This document shows positions 1-8,955 of a DNA stretch of 60,334 bases, one piece after another (position 1 is the first letter of the stretch; every line of letters begins with the position of its first letter). Origin of the DNA: an uncultured Clostridia bacterium (lineage in GTDB: Bacteria; Bacillota; Clostridia; Christensenellales; Borkfalkiaceae); the NCBI GenBank assembly GCA_944328845.1, contig CALVHV010000001.1, positions 1 to 60,334 of the forward strand, read 5' to 3'. A program made the position numbers and the translations under genes. Below the pieces are notes generated by a model that saw only the letters and a list, made by a program, of their open reading frames with translations, had not been told where the DNA came from and searched no databases.

Positions 1-37
1 TCCGATACGTCCGTTCTTTGATCTGAAACTCCGCCAT
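1..37 (-). CDS. 5' end of an unidentified gene (MAEFQIKERTYR...), runs off the window
   Basis: ATG at 37 preceded by a GGGGGAG SD; frame open to the window edge. Confidence 0.5.
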   Translation of the reverse strand, partial: MAEFQIKERTYR

Positions 38-91
38 ATTCTCCCCCGGCTTTATTATTTTTCGACCGCAAAAAAGGTTATCCTTTTATAT

Positions 92-116
92 ATTCTGCAA
101 AAATTCAAAAAACCCT
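92..116 (-). promoter_or_regulatory. possible sigma-H-type promoter (AGGG-N17-GAAT)
   Basis: Near match to the Bacillus/Clostridium sigH consensus AGGA-N17-GAAT, upstream of the partial gene. Confidence 0.3.
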
Positions 117-138
117 TTTTTTTGTAAAAATTTTTTTA

Positions 139-852
139 TTAAATGACGGCTCCGCCGTTTATGCGCAGTACTTCGCCTGTGATATATCTGTTTTTTGCGA
201 GAAATAATGCCGCCTGAGCAACTTCTTCCGCACTTCCTTCCCTCGCAACGGGCAGGTCGCGCACAAACGCCCTGCGATCTTCAGCGGAAAGCACTTCGTT
301 CATTTTCGTACAGATCAATCCGCAGGAGAGGGCGTTGACACGGATGTTTGAGGCCCCCAATTCTTTGGCGGCCGCCTTTGTAAAGCCGATCAGCGCCGCC
401 TTGCTGGCAGAATACGCCGCCTCGCAGGAGGCGCCCGTCTCTCCCCACATGGACGAGACGTTGATCACGCAGCCTTCCCCTCTCTGCAAAAATTTAGGGA
501 CAGCCGCACGCGTACACAAAAACGCGCCCGTCGAATTGACCGCAAACACGCGTTCCCACTGCGCAAGAGAGGTCTCCTGGATCATTCCGAAAGAAGAGAT
601 CCCCGCATTGTTGACAAGGACCTCCAGCCCGAAAAGGGAAGAAAACATTTCCTGTACGCTCTGTTCATTTGAAACGTCACAGCAAAAACATTGCACCCCT
701 GCGCCCATCCGCTCCAGCATCGCGCGCGTCTGTTCCGCGCCCGCCCCGTCTTTCGCGTAACAGAACGCGACATCGTAGCCGGCCTCGGCAAAGGCAAGAC
801 AGATCGCCCTGCCGATCCCGCGAGACCCGCCCGTAACAAGCACCGTACTCAT
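139..852 (-). CDS. ymfI: SDR oxidoreductase, FabG-like, YmfI (EF-P 5-aminopentanone reductase) subgroup
   Basis: TGGSRGIG, NNAG, YSASK; SSMWGETGASCE resembles the B. subtilis YmfI motif SSIWGETGASCE; ATGA overlap with aroK stop. Confidence 0.7.
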   Translation of the reverse strand: MSTVLVTGGSRGIGRAICLAFAEAGYDVAFCYAKDGAGAEQTRAMLERMGAGVQCFCCDVSNEQSVQEMFSSLFGLEVLVNNAGISSFGMIQETSLAQWERVFAVNSTGAFLCTRAAVPKFLQRGEGCVINVSSMWGETGASCEAAYSASKAALIGFTKAAAKELGASNIRVNALSCGLICTKMNEVLSAEDRRAFVRDLPVAREGSAEEVAQAALFLAKNRYITGEVLRINGGAVI

Positions 853-1370
853 TTTTTCACCTGCGACGAAAGCCCCAAAACAGAAATGATCTTGCGGGCG
901 ACCTCATCGATGCTCAACCCGTTCGTGTCGACCGTGATGTCCGCACAGCCTTCATAAATAGGCGTACGGAACTCCAAAAGCGATCTCATCTTTTCAAAGG
1001 AGGTATTTTTCAGAAGCGGGCGCTCGTCGCCCGTATGCCCCGTCCTTTCAAAGAGAACGCCGATATCCACTTTTAAAAAGACGATTTTCCCTCCGCCGGC
1101 TTTGAACGCAGCGGCATTTTCAGGCTTGAGGACACATCCCCCGCCCGTGGATACGACACAGTTATCCTCGTTTGCAACAGAATGCACGATCTCCGTTTCC
1201 AGTTCCCTGAAACGCGCTTCCCCGTAAAATTCGAAGATACTCGGGATACTGCCGTATTTTTGCGTGATCAGATCATCTGTATCGTACCAGCGCATGCCAG
1301 TCAATTCGGAAAGGCGGATCCCGACGGAAGTTTTTCCGGCACCCATCATGCCGCACAAGACGATATTCAT
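849..1370 (-). CDS. aroK: shikimate kinase
   Basis: GMMGAGKT P-loop, DTD, GEARFR, STGGG, RPLL; start set at ATG 1370, overlapping the aroQ stop. Confidence 0.95.
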   Translation of the reverse strand: MNIVLCGMMGAGKTSVGIRLSELTGMRWYDTDDLITQKYGSIPSIFEFYGEARFRELETEIVHSVANEDNCVVSTGGGCVLKPENAAAFKAGGGKIVFLKVDIGVLFERTGHTGDERPLLKNTSFEKMRSLLEFRTPIYEGCADITVDTNGLSIDEVARKIISVLGLSSQVKK

Positions 1371-1783
1371 AACAGGAAACTCTCCGCTGCGAGAAGATAA
1401 CTGTTCTTTCCGAACCCGAGGATGGTACCGCGGCACACCTCAGACAAAACGGAAGTATGCCTGAACTCTTCCCTCGCGTGGACGTTGGACATATGCACTT
1501 CCACGACAGGAGTTTTTACGGAAGCGATTGCATCGCGAATGGCATAGCTGTAATGAGTAAACGCGCCCGCGTTAAGAATGATCCCGTCCGCATCCGATTG
1601 CTGGATGGCGGTACAGATCTCACCCTCTATGTTGCTCTGGAAGAACTCGCAGTCGGCACCGCGCACCTTACAAAAAGCACGGATCTCCTCGTTGATCTCG
1701 TCCAGCGTCTGCACGCCGTAAACGCCAGGTTCCCGCTTTCCCGTCATGTTCAGATTGACACCGTTCAATATCAGCAGTTTCAT
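1367..1783 (-). CDS. aroQ: type II 3-dehydroquinate dehydratase
   Basis: LNGVNLNMTGKREPGVYG, QSNIEG, NAGAFTHYS, EVHMSNVHAREEFR. Confidence 0.97.
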   Translation of the reverse strand: MKLLILNGVNLNMTGKREPGVYGVQTLDEINEEIRAFCKVRGADCEFFQSNIEGEICTAIQQSDADGIILNAGAFTHYSYAIRDAIASVKTPVVEVHMSNVHAREEFRHTSVLSEVCRGTILGFGKNSYLLAAESFLL

Positions 1784-1806
1784 CTTTTTCTCCTGTTTTT
1801 TTGTTT

Positions 1807-1827
1807 TATGTCAGACATAGTACTTCG
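1807..1827. repeat. 21-bp intergenic element TATGTCAGACATAGTACTTCG, copy 1
   Basis: Identical to 44384..44404; contains the palindrome TATGTC-A-GACATA. Confidence 0.85.
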
Positions 1828-1835
1828 CAAAATGG

Positions 1836-2633
1836 TTAATCTTTGTATTTTAACTGGTATTCCTTGAAGAATTCTTTCGCTTCTTCTGCAGAAGGATTTC
1901 TGCCCAATATGATGCAATCTCCGTAATATGCCTGGTAAAAAAGCATTCCTTCCCCGTTTACGATCTGTTTCCCGAGACTTTCGGCAATGCGCAAAAACTC
2001 ACTTTTGCGGGGATAATAGATAAGATCGCATGCGATCTCGCAGCAGGACAAGATCTCGGCGCCGACAGGAGAAATCCCCTCCGTCTTGTGCATCCCGACC
2101 CCTGTGACATTTACGATCATCGCATAGGGAGCAGGTTCCACTTTATCCAATGCCGCGACACCTGCAAATTCCTGGCAAAGTGCCTGGACATTTTCTTTTC
2201 TGAGATCGAACACAGAAACTTCGGCACCTTCATCCAACAGTTTTTTGACAACGCTCCTGCCCGCGCCGCCCGCACCCAAAACGAGCACCTTTTTCCCGCG
2301 GACACAGATGCCGTTGTTTTGCAACATCAGCAGAAATCCTGCGCCGTCCGTGTTGTACCCCACCCCGTCCTTGACGAGGTTGACCGCTCCAAACGTCTTT
2401 GCATCCCCTTCCAGCCTGTCCAGATAGGGAATGACATCCAGTTTATACGGAATCGTGACGTTCAGCGCGTCCAGTTCCTTCAAAAGGGATGGAACGCGCG
2501 CGTCAAACTCTTCCTTGCTCAGGGAGATCAGCGAGTATTCGCATTCGTGCCCCATTTTCTTCATATCGAACGTGTGCATTTTGGCGCTGTCCGATTTGGA
2601 TACGTCTTTTCCGACAACAGCAAGTTTTAACAT
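1836..2633 (-). CDS. aroE: shikimate dehydrogenase
   Basis: NVTIPYK, GAVN, YNTDG, LGAGGAG, DLIY, GMLFYQA; start set at ATG 2633 after an AAGGAG SD. Confidence 0.93.
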   Translation of the reverse strand: MLKLAVVGKDVSKSDSAKMHTFDMKKMGHECEYSLISLSKEEFDARVPSLLKELDALNVTIPYKLDVIPYLDRLEGDAKTFGAVNLVKDGVGYNTDGAGFLLMLQNNGICVRGKKVLVLGAGGAGRSVVKKLLDEGAEVSVFDLRKENVQALCQEFAGVAALDKVEPAPYAMIVNVTGVGMHKTEGISPVGAEILSCCEIACDLIYYPRKSEFLRIAESLGKQIVNGEGMLFYQAYYGDCIILGRNPSAEEAKEFFKEYQLKYKD

Positions 2634-2634
2634 T

Positions 2635-3885
2635 TCAATTCTCCTTTCTTTGCAGCAGGCGATAAAACGCGGGGAAAGAGATATTGACGCAATCGGCGTC
2701 TTCGATCTCCCCACCCTCCTCGCTTGCCGTCAGAGCAACGGCACCGCTCATGGCGATGCGATGGTCTTTGTACGATCTCACTTTGCCGCCGCGCAGACTT
2801 CCCGTCCCGCGGATGATAAATCCGTCCGCTGTCGGCGTGCAGTCCCCGCCGAGAGATGAAAGCATCTCCGCAGTGGTGAGGATACGGTCGCTCTCCTTGA
2901 CGCGAAGTTCTTCTGCGCCCTCGATTTTACTTTCTCCCTTTGCAAACGCACAGAGCACGGCAATCACGGGTATTTCGTCGATGAGCGAAGGCATGATCTC
3001 CTTTGTCAGATGAACGGGCCGCAATTCCGACTTACAAACGCGGATGTCCGCCGCGGGTTCTCCGCAAACGATGCGGCAGTTTTCCAAAGAATAGCGCACC
3101 CCCATCTCGTCAAACACTTTCAAGATTCCTGTACGCGTCGGATTGACTCCTACATTTCGGCAGACCGTTTCCCCGCAGAGCGCGCCCAGCGCCATAAAGT
3201 ATGCGGCACCGGAAATATCGGCAGGGACATCCACGTCCACGCAGTGTAATTTCCCAGGTCTGACAGAAATTTCGTTTCCGTCCACGCGTATGTCAGCACC
3301 CATTGCAGAGAGCATCCGCTCCGTATGATCGCGGGATTTGAGCGGCTCGCAAACGCAAGTTTCTCCTTCCGCACCCAGCGCCGCAAGCAAGATCGCACTC
3401 TTGACCTGCGCAGACGCAACTTTCGTCTCGATCCTCGCGCCCTTCAGCACAGAGGGAGAAACGGTGACAGGGGCTTTTCCGTCCGTCGTCCGTATCTCTG
3501 CGCCCAGCAGGCGCAGGGGCGCCGCAACCCGCTCCATCGGACGGGAAGAAAGAGAAGGATCTCCCGTAAACACGGCATTTACTTTCTTTCCCGCAGCGAG
3601 CCCCATCAGAAGCCGCATGGTCGTGCCGCTGTTTCCGCAATCACATTGCGCATCCCGAAAGTTCGGCGCTCCGTGGATATAGACTGTATTCCCATCGATA
3701 CGAATGTCCGCGCCGAACGCACGCATACAGCGGACGGTGGATAGGCAATCCTCTCCCAACAACGCGTTTTTGACGACAGCGTCCCCTTCCGCGGCCGCGT
3801 TGAACATCACGGCGCGATGGGTGATCGATTTATCCCCGGGGATCAAAAATTCCCCACGAAATTCCTTTTGTGAAGCGATATTCAT
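2635..3885 (-). CDS. aroA: EPSP synthase
   Basis: PGDKSITHRA, GNSGTTMRL, SAQVKS, RDHTERML, KESDRI, DHRIAM. Confidence 0.98.
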   Translation of the reverse strand: MNIASQKEFRGEFLIPGDKSITHRAVMFNAAAEGDAVVKNALLGEDCLSTVRCMRAFGADIRIDGNTVYIHGAPNFRDAQCDCGNSGTTMRLLMGLAAGKKVNAVFTGDPSLSSRPMERVAAPLRLLGAEIRTTDGKAPVTVSPSVLKGARIETKVASAQVKSAILLAALGAEGETCVCEPLKSRDHTERMLSAMGADIRVDGNEISVRPGKLHCVDVDVPADISGAAYFMALGALCGETVCRNVGVNPTRTGILKVFDEMGVRYSLENCRIVCGEPAADIRVCKSELRPVHLTKEIMPSLIDEIPVIAVLCAFAKGESKIEGAEELRVKESDRILTTAEMLSSLGGDCTPTADGFIIRGTGSLRGGKVRSYKDHRIAMSGAVALTASEEGGEIEDADCVNISFPAFYRLLQRKEN

Positions 3886-4937
3886 CTGCGCCCTTCCTCC
3901 AGTCGGGAGAGATATTCCGCATACTTTTCGGAAGAAAGTGCGTATTCCTCAAATTCCCCCTTCGCCTTGGACAAAACAACGGAGACAACCCCCGCCCGAT
4001 CGTTTTTCTTATCCAATAAAGCGTTCGAAACGCACTCCCTTACGTTCGGAAAGGCGGGAATCTTTTTCTCAGCCAGAGAAACGAGAGAACGCACCCACGC
4101 GGAGTGTTCCGCCGTGGCGACTCCTTCCCCTTCTGCGATGTAGCTTTCCAGCCACATTCCGATAAGCACATATTCGCCGTGCGAACGTCTGCCGTAACGG
4201 AGCTCGAGCGCGTGTCCCGTCGTATGTCCCAAATTGAGGCACTTGCGCAGACCGCTGCTCTCCGTTTCGTCACGCTCGACAACACGTGCCTTAAAACGGA
4301 CACAGTCCGTCACGAGGGAACGCAGAAAATCGAGATCGGTCAGCTTGTCGGCATTTTGCAAGATCTTTTCTCCCAAAGCGCCGTCCAGAACGCCCGTCTT
4401 AATGATCTCGCCCAAGCCGCATCTGATCTCGCGCGGCGGAAGCGTCTGCAAAAACTTCGGATCGCAATAGACGCGCTCGGGCTGGTAGAATGCTCCGAGA
4501 ACATTTTTTACGTTTTTATAATCGATGGCGGTCTTCCCTCCGACGGAACTGTCTACCTGTGCGAGCAGGGTCGTAGGAATTTGGATGAGATGCGTTCCGC
4601 GCATATACATCGCCGCGGCAAGACCCGCCATATCCCCGACAACGCCGCCTCCCAGCGCTACGACGTAAGAAGAGCGGTGCAGCCCCGCTGCAAGCATCTC
4701 GTCGAGGATACGAAAGAGAGAGCTCTTGTTTTTGTGCTTTTCGCCCGCAGGAAGAATGCAGACGTGCGCTTTCGGAAACAGATATTCAACGTCCTCGCCG
4801 TAAATGTCCCAGACGTTTTCATCCGTTACAACAAAGACCTCGTTTTCACCGAGAAACTGTTGCGCCGCAAGAAAAGCGCCTTCCCCGCAATAGACCGCGC
4901 TCGGCCTCGATTTTGTATGGATCTCTATTTTTTGCAT
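3882..4937 (-). CDS. aroB: 3-dehydroquinate synthase
   Basis: GGGVVGDMAG, PTTLLAQVDSSVGGKT, LNLGHTTGHALE, HGE. Confidence 0.97.
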   Translation of the reverse strand: MQKIEIHTKSRPSAVYCGEGAFLAAQQFLGENEVFVVTDENVWDIYGEDVEYLFPKAHVCILPAGEKHKNKSSLFRILDEMLAAGLHRSSYVVALGGGVVGDMAGLAAAMYMRGTHLIQIPTTLLAQVDSSVGGKTAIDYKNVKNVLGAFYQPERVYCDPKFLQTLPPREIRCGLGEIIKTGVLDGALGEKILQNADKLTDLDFLRSLVTDCVRFKARVVERDETESSGLRKCLNLGHTTGHALELRYGRRSHGEYVLIGMWLESYIAEGEGVATAEHSAWVRSLVSLAEKKIPAFPNVRECVSNALLDKKNDRAGVVSVVLSKAKGEFEEYALSSEKYAEYLSRLEEGRR

Positions 4938-4958
4938 AGTACTTTCCCTGTAACAGAA

Positions 4959-6086
4959 TCAAAGTTTTTGATACCGCTCGACGATCTCGCGCATATTGTC
5001 GCCGCCGAGCCTTTCCTGCACTTTCTGCGCGAGCGCAAAACAAACGGTGCTTTCCACGACGATCTCGCAGGCGCAAATGGCGCAGACATCGCTGCGCTCC
5101 GTCGCCGCGCGGCAAGCCTCGCCCGTATCGAAGTTGACGGTATTTAAACCGCGCATCAGCGTGGGGATAGGCTTCATTGCCGCACGCAAGACGATCTCTT
5201 CCCCGTTGGACATTCCGCCTTCGATTCCGCCCGCACGATTGGTCTTGCGGAAAAATTTTCCGTTTTCAAAGAAGATCTCATCATGCACTTCACTGCCGGG
5301 ACGGCGCGCTGCTTCAAACCCGAGCCCGAACTCGACGCCCTTGATCGCCTGGATGCCCATCACGGCGCCCGCCAGGTGCCCGTCCAGTTTTTCGCCGTAG
5401 CTCATGCAGCTGCCGAACCCGCTTTTCAGACCGCGCACGCGGATCTCTACGATCCCGCCCGCCGTATTCTTTTCCTCTTTGATCTCGTCGATACGTCTTT
5501 TTGCCTGTTCGCACAGCAGTGCGTCCGGCATAAAGAGCTCGGAATTTTTTGCGTCTTTCAGCTGCTCGGCCGTGTATTCTTTCTCGTCAGTGATCCCGGC
5601 TACAGAACGGACGTAGCCGTACACTTCCACGCCGAGCGCACGCAAAAACATCCTCGCAACCGTCCCCGCCGCAACGCGGACGGCGGTCTCTCGCGCAGAA
5701 GCGCGCTCCAGGATATTTCTCGCGTCCGTCTGATCGTACTTGAGTACGCCTGTCAGATCGGCATGCCCCGGGCGAACGCGCGTAAGGCGGCGCGCCGTGA
5801 CGTCCGCACCATAGGGAGACATATATTCTTCCCAGTTCTTATAATCCTTGTTCTCCACCACCAGACAGACGGGACTGCCCAGCGTGCGCCTGTCGCGCAC
5901 GCCCGATAAAATCCTGACAGTGTCCGTCTCGATCTTCTGACGGGCACCCCTGCCGTATCCGCCCTGTCTGAGCGCGAGATAACGGTCGATCTCGTCTGTA
6001 TCGATGATGAGGTTGGCGGGAAGCCCTTCTATGATCGCTGTCAGCGCCTGTCCGTGAGATTCGCCGCTTGTCATCCATTTGATCAT
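4959..6086 (-). CDS. aroC: chorismate synthase
   Basis: GESHG, RPGHAD, ERASARETA, GGIEGGMSNG, MKPIPT, ERSD. Confidence 0.98.
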   Translation of the reverse strand: MIKWMTSGESHGQALTAIIEGLPANLIIDTDEIDRYLALRQGGYGRGARQKIETDTVRILSGVRDRRTLGSPVCLVVENKDYKNWEEYMSPYGADVTARRLTRVRPGHADLTGVLKYDQTDARNILERASARETAVRVAAGTVARMFLRALGVEVYGYVRSVAGITDEKEYTAEQLKDAKNSELFMPDALLCEQAKRRIDEIKEEKNTAGGIVEIRVRGLKSGFGSCMSYGEKLDGHLAGAVMGIQAIKGVEFGLGFEAARRPGSEVHDEIFFENGKFFRKTNRAGGIEGGMSNGEEIVLRAAMKPIPTLMRGLNTVNFDTGEACRAATERSDVCAICACEIVVESTVCFALAQKVQERLGGDNMREIVERYQKL

Positions 6087-6110
6087 GTCTTTTTGACTCC
6101 GTTGATTGAT

Positions 6111-7184
6111 TTACACAGGCCGAACGGAAAAACTTCCGTCCCTCGCTATGGTCAGCATTATATTTCCCAATTCGTCCGTCCTGTAAAACTGAACGGACGG
6201 CACGGCTTGTATCAGATTCTGCACGGTCTGCTGGGAAGGATGTCCGTACGAATTGCCCGCTCCGCTGCTGAAAAAGACTGTCTGCGGCAGAACATATTCG
6301 CAAAACGCGGCGCTCGTCGCATCCGCACTGCCGTGATGACTCGCCTTCAAAAAGTCCAGCTCCTTTAAAACGGGCGACAGAACCACGCTTCCGAAAGAAG
6401 TTTTGACGGGAACTTCAAACACAACTCCGTCCGTCTCCTCGAAAATGGTAACGAGCTCGCGCTCCACCGCAGAAGAAACGTCTCCCGGAAAAAGAAAGCG
6501 CCTGCCCGCATATTCGAGGTAAAGGATGGCGGAAGAATCGTTTTCGTCTTCCTTGTCTTCACCGATAAATCCGGAAAGCACGAGCCCGTACCAGAAAAAC
6601 TCTTCTTCCTCCGCAAAGAAAGAGGTAAGCACCTCCGCCGCACAAACACGCTCCGCATATTTTTCCGCGCACTTTAAATCGCTTTCGTACATTTCCTCTG
6701 TAAACACATAGGAAGGGAAATACACGGTTCCCGCCACGAAACAGCGCAGAACGGCTTCCAATCCTCCGATATGATCGGTATCTGCATGCGTGATCAGAAG
6801 ATGATCGATGCGCCCGATCTTTAACGCGAGGCAGAAAGAGAGAATTGTGCGGAGCCCCTCGGCGTTCCCGTTCCCGCAATCGATGAGGAGCGACTGCCCG
6901 TCGGGAAGCTGTATCAGTGTGCAATCTCCTTGTCCCACATCGAGATAAAAGCAGCGAAGTTCTCCCTCCTCCCGTTCCGCAATGCTTGGCTGAGAGGCGT
7001 ATACCCAAAGATAATCGACGGGAAAGATGTATTTGTCTGTTATGAGAGAAAGGCAAAGGAGGACCGCCGCCAATGCCGCGGCGATGACACGCTTTGGAAG
7101 CTTCGGGCGACGGCGGCGCGTGAAGCCTGCCGACAGGAGAGCCCTCTTGGTCCTGCGTATGCTTTTGCGCTCCTCTCTGCGCAT
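6111..7184 (-). CDS. membrane-anchored ComEC/Rec2-type metallo-beta-lactamase-fold hydrolase
   Basis: N-terminal basic stretch plus TM helix; LDVGQGD, THADTDHIGG, ENDSS, HHGS, NSYGHP, RTDELG. Confidence 0.88.
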   Translation of the reverse strand: MRREERKSIRRTKRALLSAGFTRRRRPKLPKRVIAAALAAVLLCLSLITDKYIFPVDYLWVYASQPSIAEREEGELRCFYLDVGQGDCTLIQLPDGQSLLIDCGNGNAEGLRTILSFCLALKIGRIDHLLITHADTDHIGGLEAVLRCFVAGTVYFPSYVFTEEMYESDLKCAEKYAERVCAAEVLTSFFAEEEEFFWYGLVLSGFIGEDKEDENDSSAILYLEYAGRRFLFPGDVSSAVERELVTIFEETDGVVFEVPVKTSFGSVVLSPVLKELDFLKASHHGSADATSAAFCEYVLPQTVFFSSGAGNSYGHPSQQTVQNLIQAVPSVQFYRTDELGNIMLTIARDGSFSVRPV

Positions 7185-7196
7185 ACTGTCTTCCCC

Positions 7197-7985
7197 CTAC
7201 CCTCTGTTTCTCTGTGCCGCGGTGCGGCCGCACAGGTGCAGGATCTGCTGCATATGAGACATCGCGCAATCGTATCCCGCATCGTAAATTTGTGAAGCAT
7301 ACAAAATATCCGTCGTACGGAACGCCGAAAGATCGGGTTCCAAGAGCAGATCAGCCTGCAAAAAACCTTTCTGACGGATGGTGCGCGTCTCCCCGGAAGA
7401 ACAGACGAATTCGACCTCTTCGTAGCTGAGCGCCGGCGAGAGCGCCACGCCGATCACGACGTCCGCTCCCAAAGCGCGCGCGGCATCCGCGGGGATCGCG
7501 TTGCTGAACGCGCCGTCCACAAGCAGTCTCTCCCCGATACGTATCCCTTTGAACATGGGCGGGATGGAAGAGGATGCGAGAACGGCTCGGGCGGCATTGC
7601 CCTCCTTAAGAAGGACCTCGCTGCCGTCTGCGCTGTCCGTTGCCACCGCACAGAAAGGCTTGGAGAGCTCTCCGATATCAACGCCGCCCAAAGCGTCGTC
7701 GAGGAGCGGCAAAGCGGATTCGAGACTGCCGGAAAGCACGGTCGCCAGTGCGGTGCTCCCGTATTGGAGCCGCTTTAACAGTTCCACGATGTCTGCGGGA
7801 GAATATCCCCGCGCGCACATCGCTCCGACGATGGAGCCCGCGGAAGTGCCTGCATAGATGTCCGCATCGATCCCGTTCTCCCACATCGCCTGTAAGATCC
7901 CCAAATGCGCCATCCCCTTGGCGCCGCCGCTGCCCAGCGCAACGCCGATCTTCTTTTTTTTGGAGAAGCTGAAGAGCTCAGACAT
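7197..7985 (-). CDS. patatin-like phospholipase (RssA/YchK type)
   Basis: GSGGAKG, GTSAG nucleophile motif, DGA; start set at ATG 7985. Confidence 0.9.
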   Translation of the reverse strand: MSELFSFSKKKKIGVALGSGGAKGMAHLGILQAMWENGIDADIYAGTSAGSIVGAMCARGYSPADIVELLKRLQYGSTALATVLSGSLESALPLLDDALGGVDIGELSKPFCAVATDSADGSEVLLKEGNAARAVLASSSIPPMFKGIRIGERLLVDGAFSNAIPADAARALGADVVIGVALSPALSYEEVEFVCSSGETRTIRQKGFLQADLLLEPDLSAFRTTDILYASQIYDAGYDCAMSHMQQILHLCGRTAAQRNRG

Positions 7986-8943
7986 TGGCAGCCAGCGCAT
8001 ATGCGCCCCAGATGCCCGCATCGTTGCCGAGCTGCGCTTTTACAATGGCGAGAGGAATACGGTCGAACCCGACAAAGAGGTGCTCATCCACATATTTGCG
8101 TACGGGCTGAAGGAGATATTCTCCCTGGCCCGACACGCCGCCGCCAACGATGATCGCCTGAGGACGGAAACAGTTGACGAGGTTGAGGATCCCTTCGCTC
8201 AGATACATGATGTAGTTTTTGACGACTTCCTGCGCCGCAGCATCCCCTTCCTTTGCCGCCGTAAAAGCGGTGAGCCCGTTGACCGTATCCGGATCGGGAG
8301 AAATCCTCCACATAGAAGATTCTTTGTGTTCGAACATGGCGCGCTTGGTATCGCGGATGAGCGCGGTCGCGGACGCGTACTGCTCAAAGCACCCACGCTT
8401 TCCGCAGGTGCAAGGGATCCCGCCGACGACGATAGTCATGTGTCCGGCTTCTCCCGCACCGCCGCGGAAACCTTCAAAAATTTTCCCGCCGATCACGATG
8501 CCGCTCCCGACACCTGTGCCGAGCGTGATGGTGATGCTGTCTCCGTATTTTTTCCCTGCTCCGAATTTTGCTTCTCCCAGCGCTGCCGCGTTTGCGTCGT
8601 TGGAGATCCTGACGGGGATCCCGTCCAGATTGGCGGAGATCTCCGAAGCGAGAGGGACGTTTTCCCAAGCGAAATTCGTCCAGGCAACGACGATGCCCGC
8701 GGCGCCGTCAATAATCCCGGGCGTACCCACGCCCACACCGCCTACCGAAGAGACGGGAATTTTAGCGGCCGAGCACAATTCGCGCACCAACCCCGCGAGA
8801 TGTTTCGCGGTAGCGCGGAAGCCCTCTTCCTTACACGTTTTGACCGTGCTTTTTGCGATCATTTTCCCTTCGGGATCGAACAGCCCGGCCTTGGCGCTCA
8901 TGCCGCCGAGATCGATCCCCGCATAATAAAGTTTGGATGCCAT
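7978..8943 (-). CDS. glk: ROK-family glucokinase
   Basis: GIDLGG, NDANAAALGE, TLGTGVGSG, GEAGH, CTCGKRGCFE zinc motif. Confidence 0.88.
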   Translation of the reverse strand: MASKLYYAGIDLGGMSAKAGLFDPEGKMIAKSTVKTCKEEGFRATAKHLAGLVRELCSAAKIPVSSVGGVGVGTPGIIDGAAGIVVAWTNFAWENVPLASEISANLDGIPVRISNDANAAALGEAKFGAGKKYGDSITITLGTGVGSGIVIGGKIFEGFRGGAGEAGHMTIVVGGIPCTCGKRGCFEQYASATALIRDTKRAMFEHKESSMWRISPDPDTVNGLTAFTAAKEGDAAAQEVVKNYIMYLSEGILNLVNCFRPQAIIVGGGVSGQGEYLLQPVRKYVDEHLFVGFDRIPLAIVKAQLGNDAGIWGAYALAANV

Positions 8944-8955
8944 ATCGGTTTCTCC

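Noticed and set aside
167-176. AGTACTTCG hits at about 167, 30956 and 43390
   Set aside because: They fall inside coding sequence and lack the TGTCA half; chance matches to the repeat.
1807-1827. Reading the 21-bp element as a CRISPR repeat, dif site or sigma-A promoter
   Set aside because: The copies are tens of kb apart with no spacer array, there is no 11-6-11 Xer layout, and TACTAT has no -35 at the right distance.
6111-7184. Calling this gene comEC
   Set aside because: It has only the MBL domain and one TM helix; the multi-TM competence channel domain is absent.
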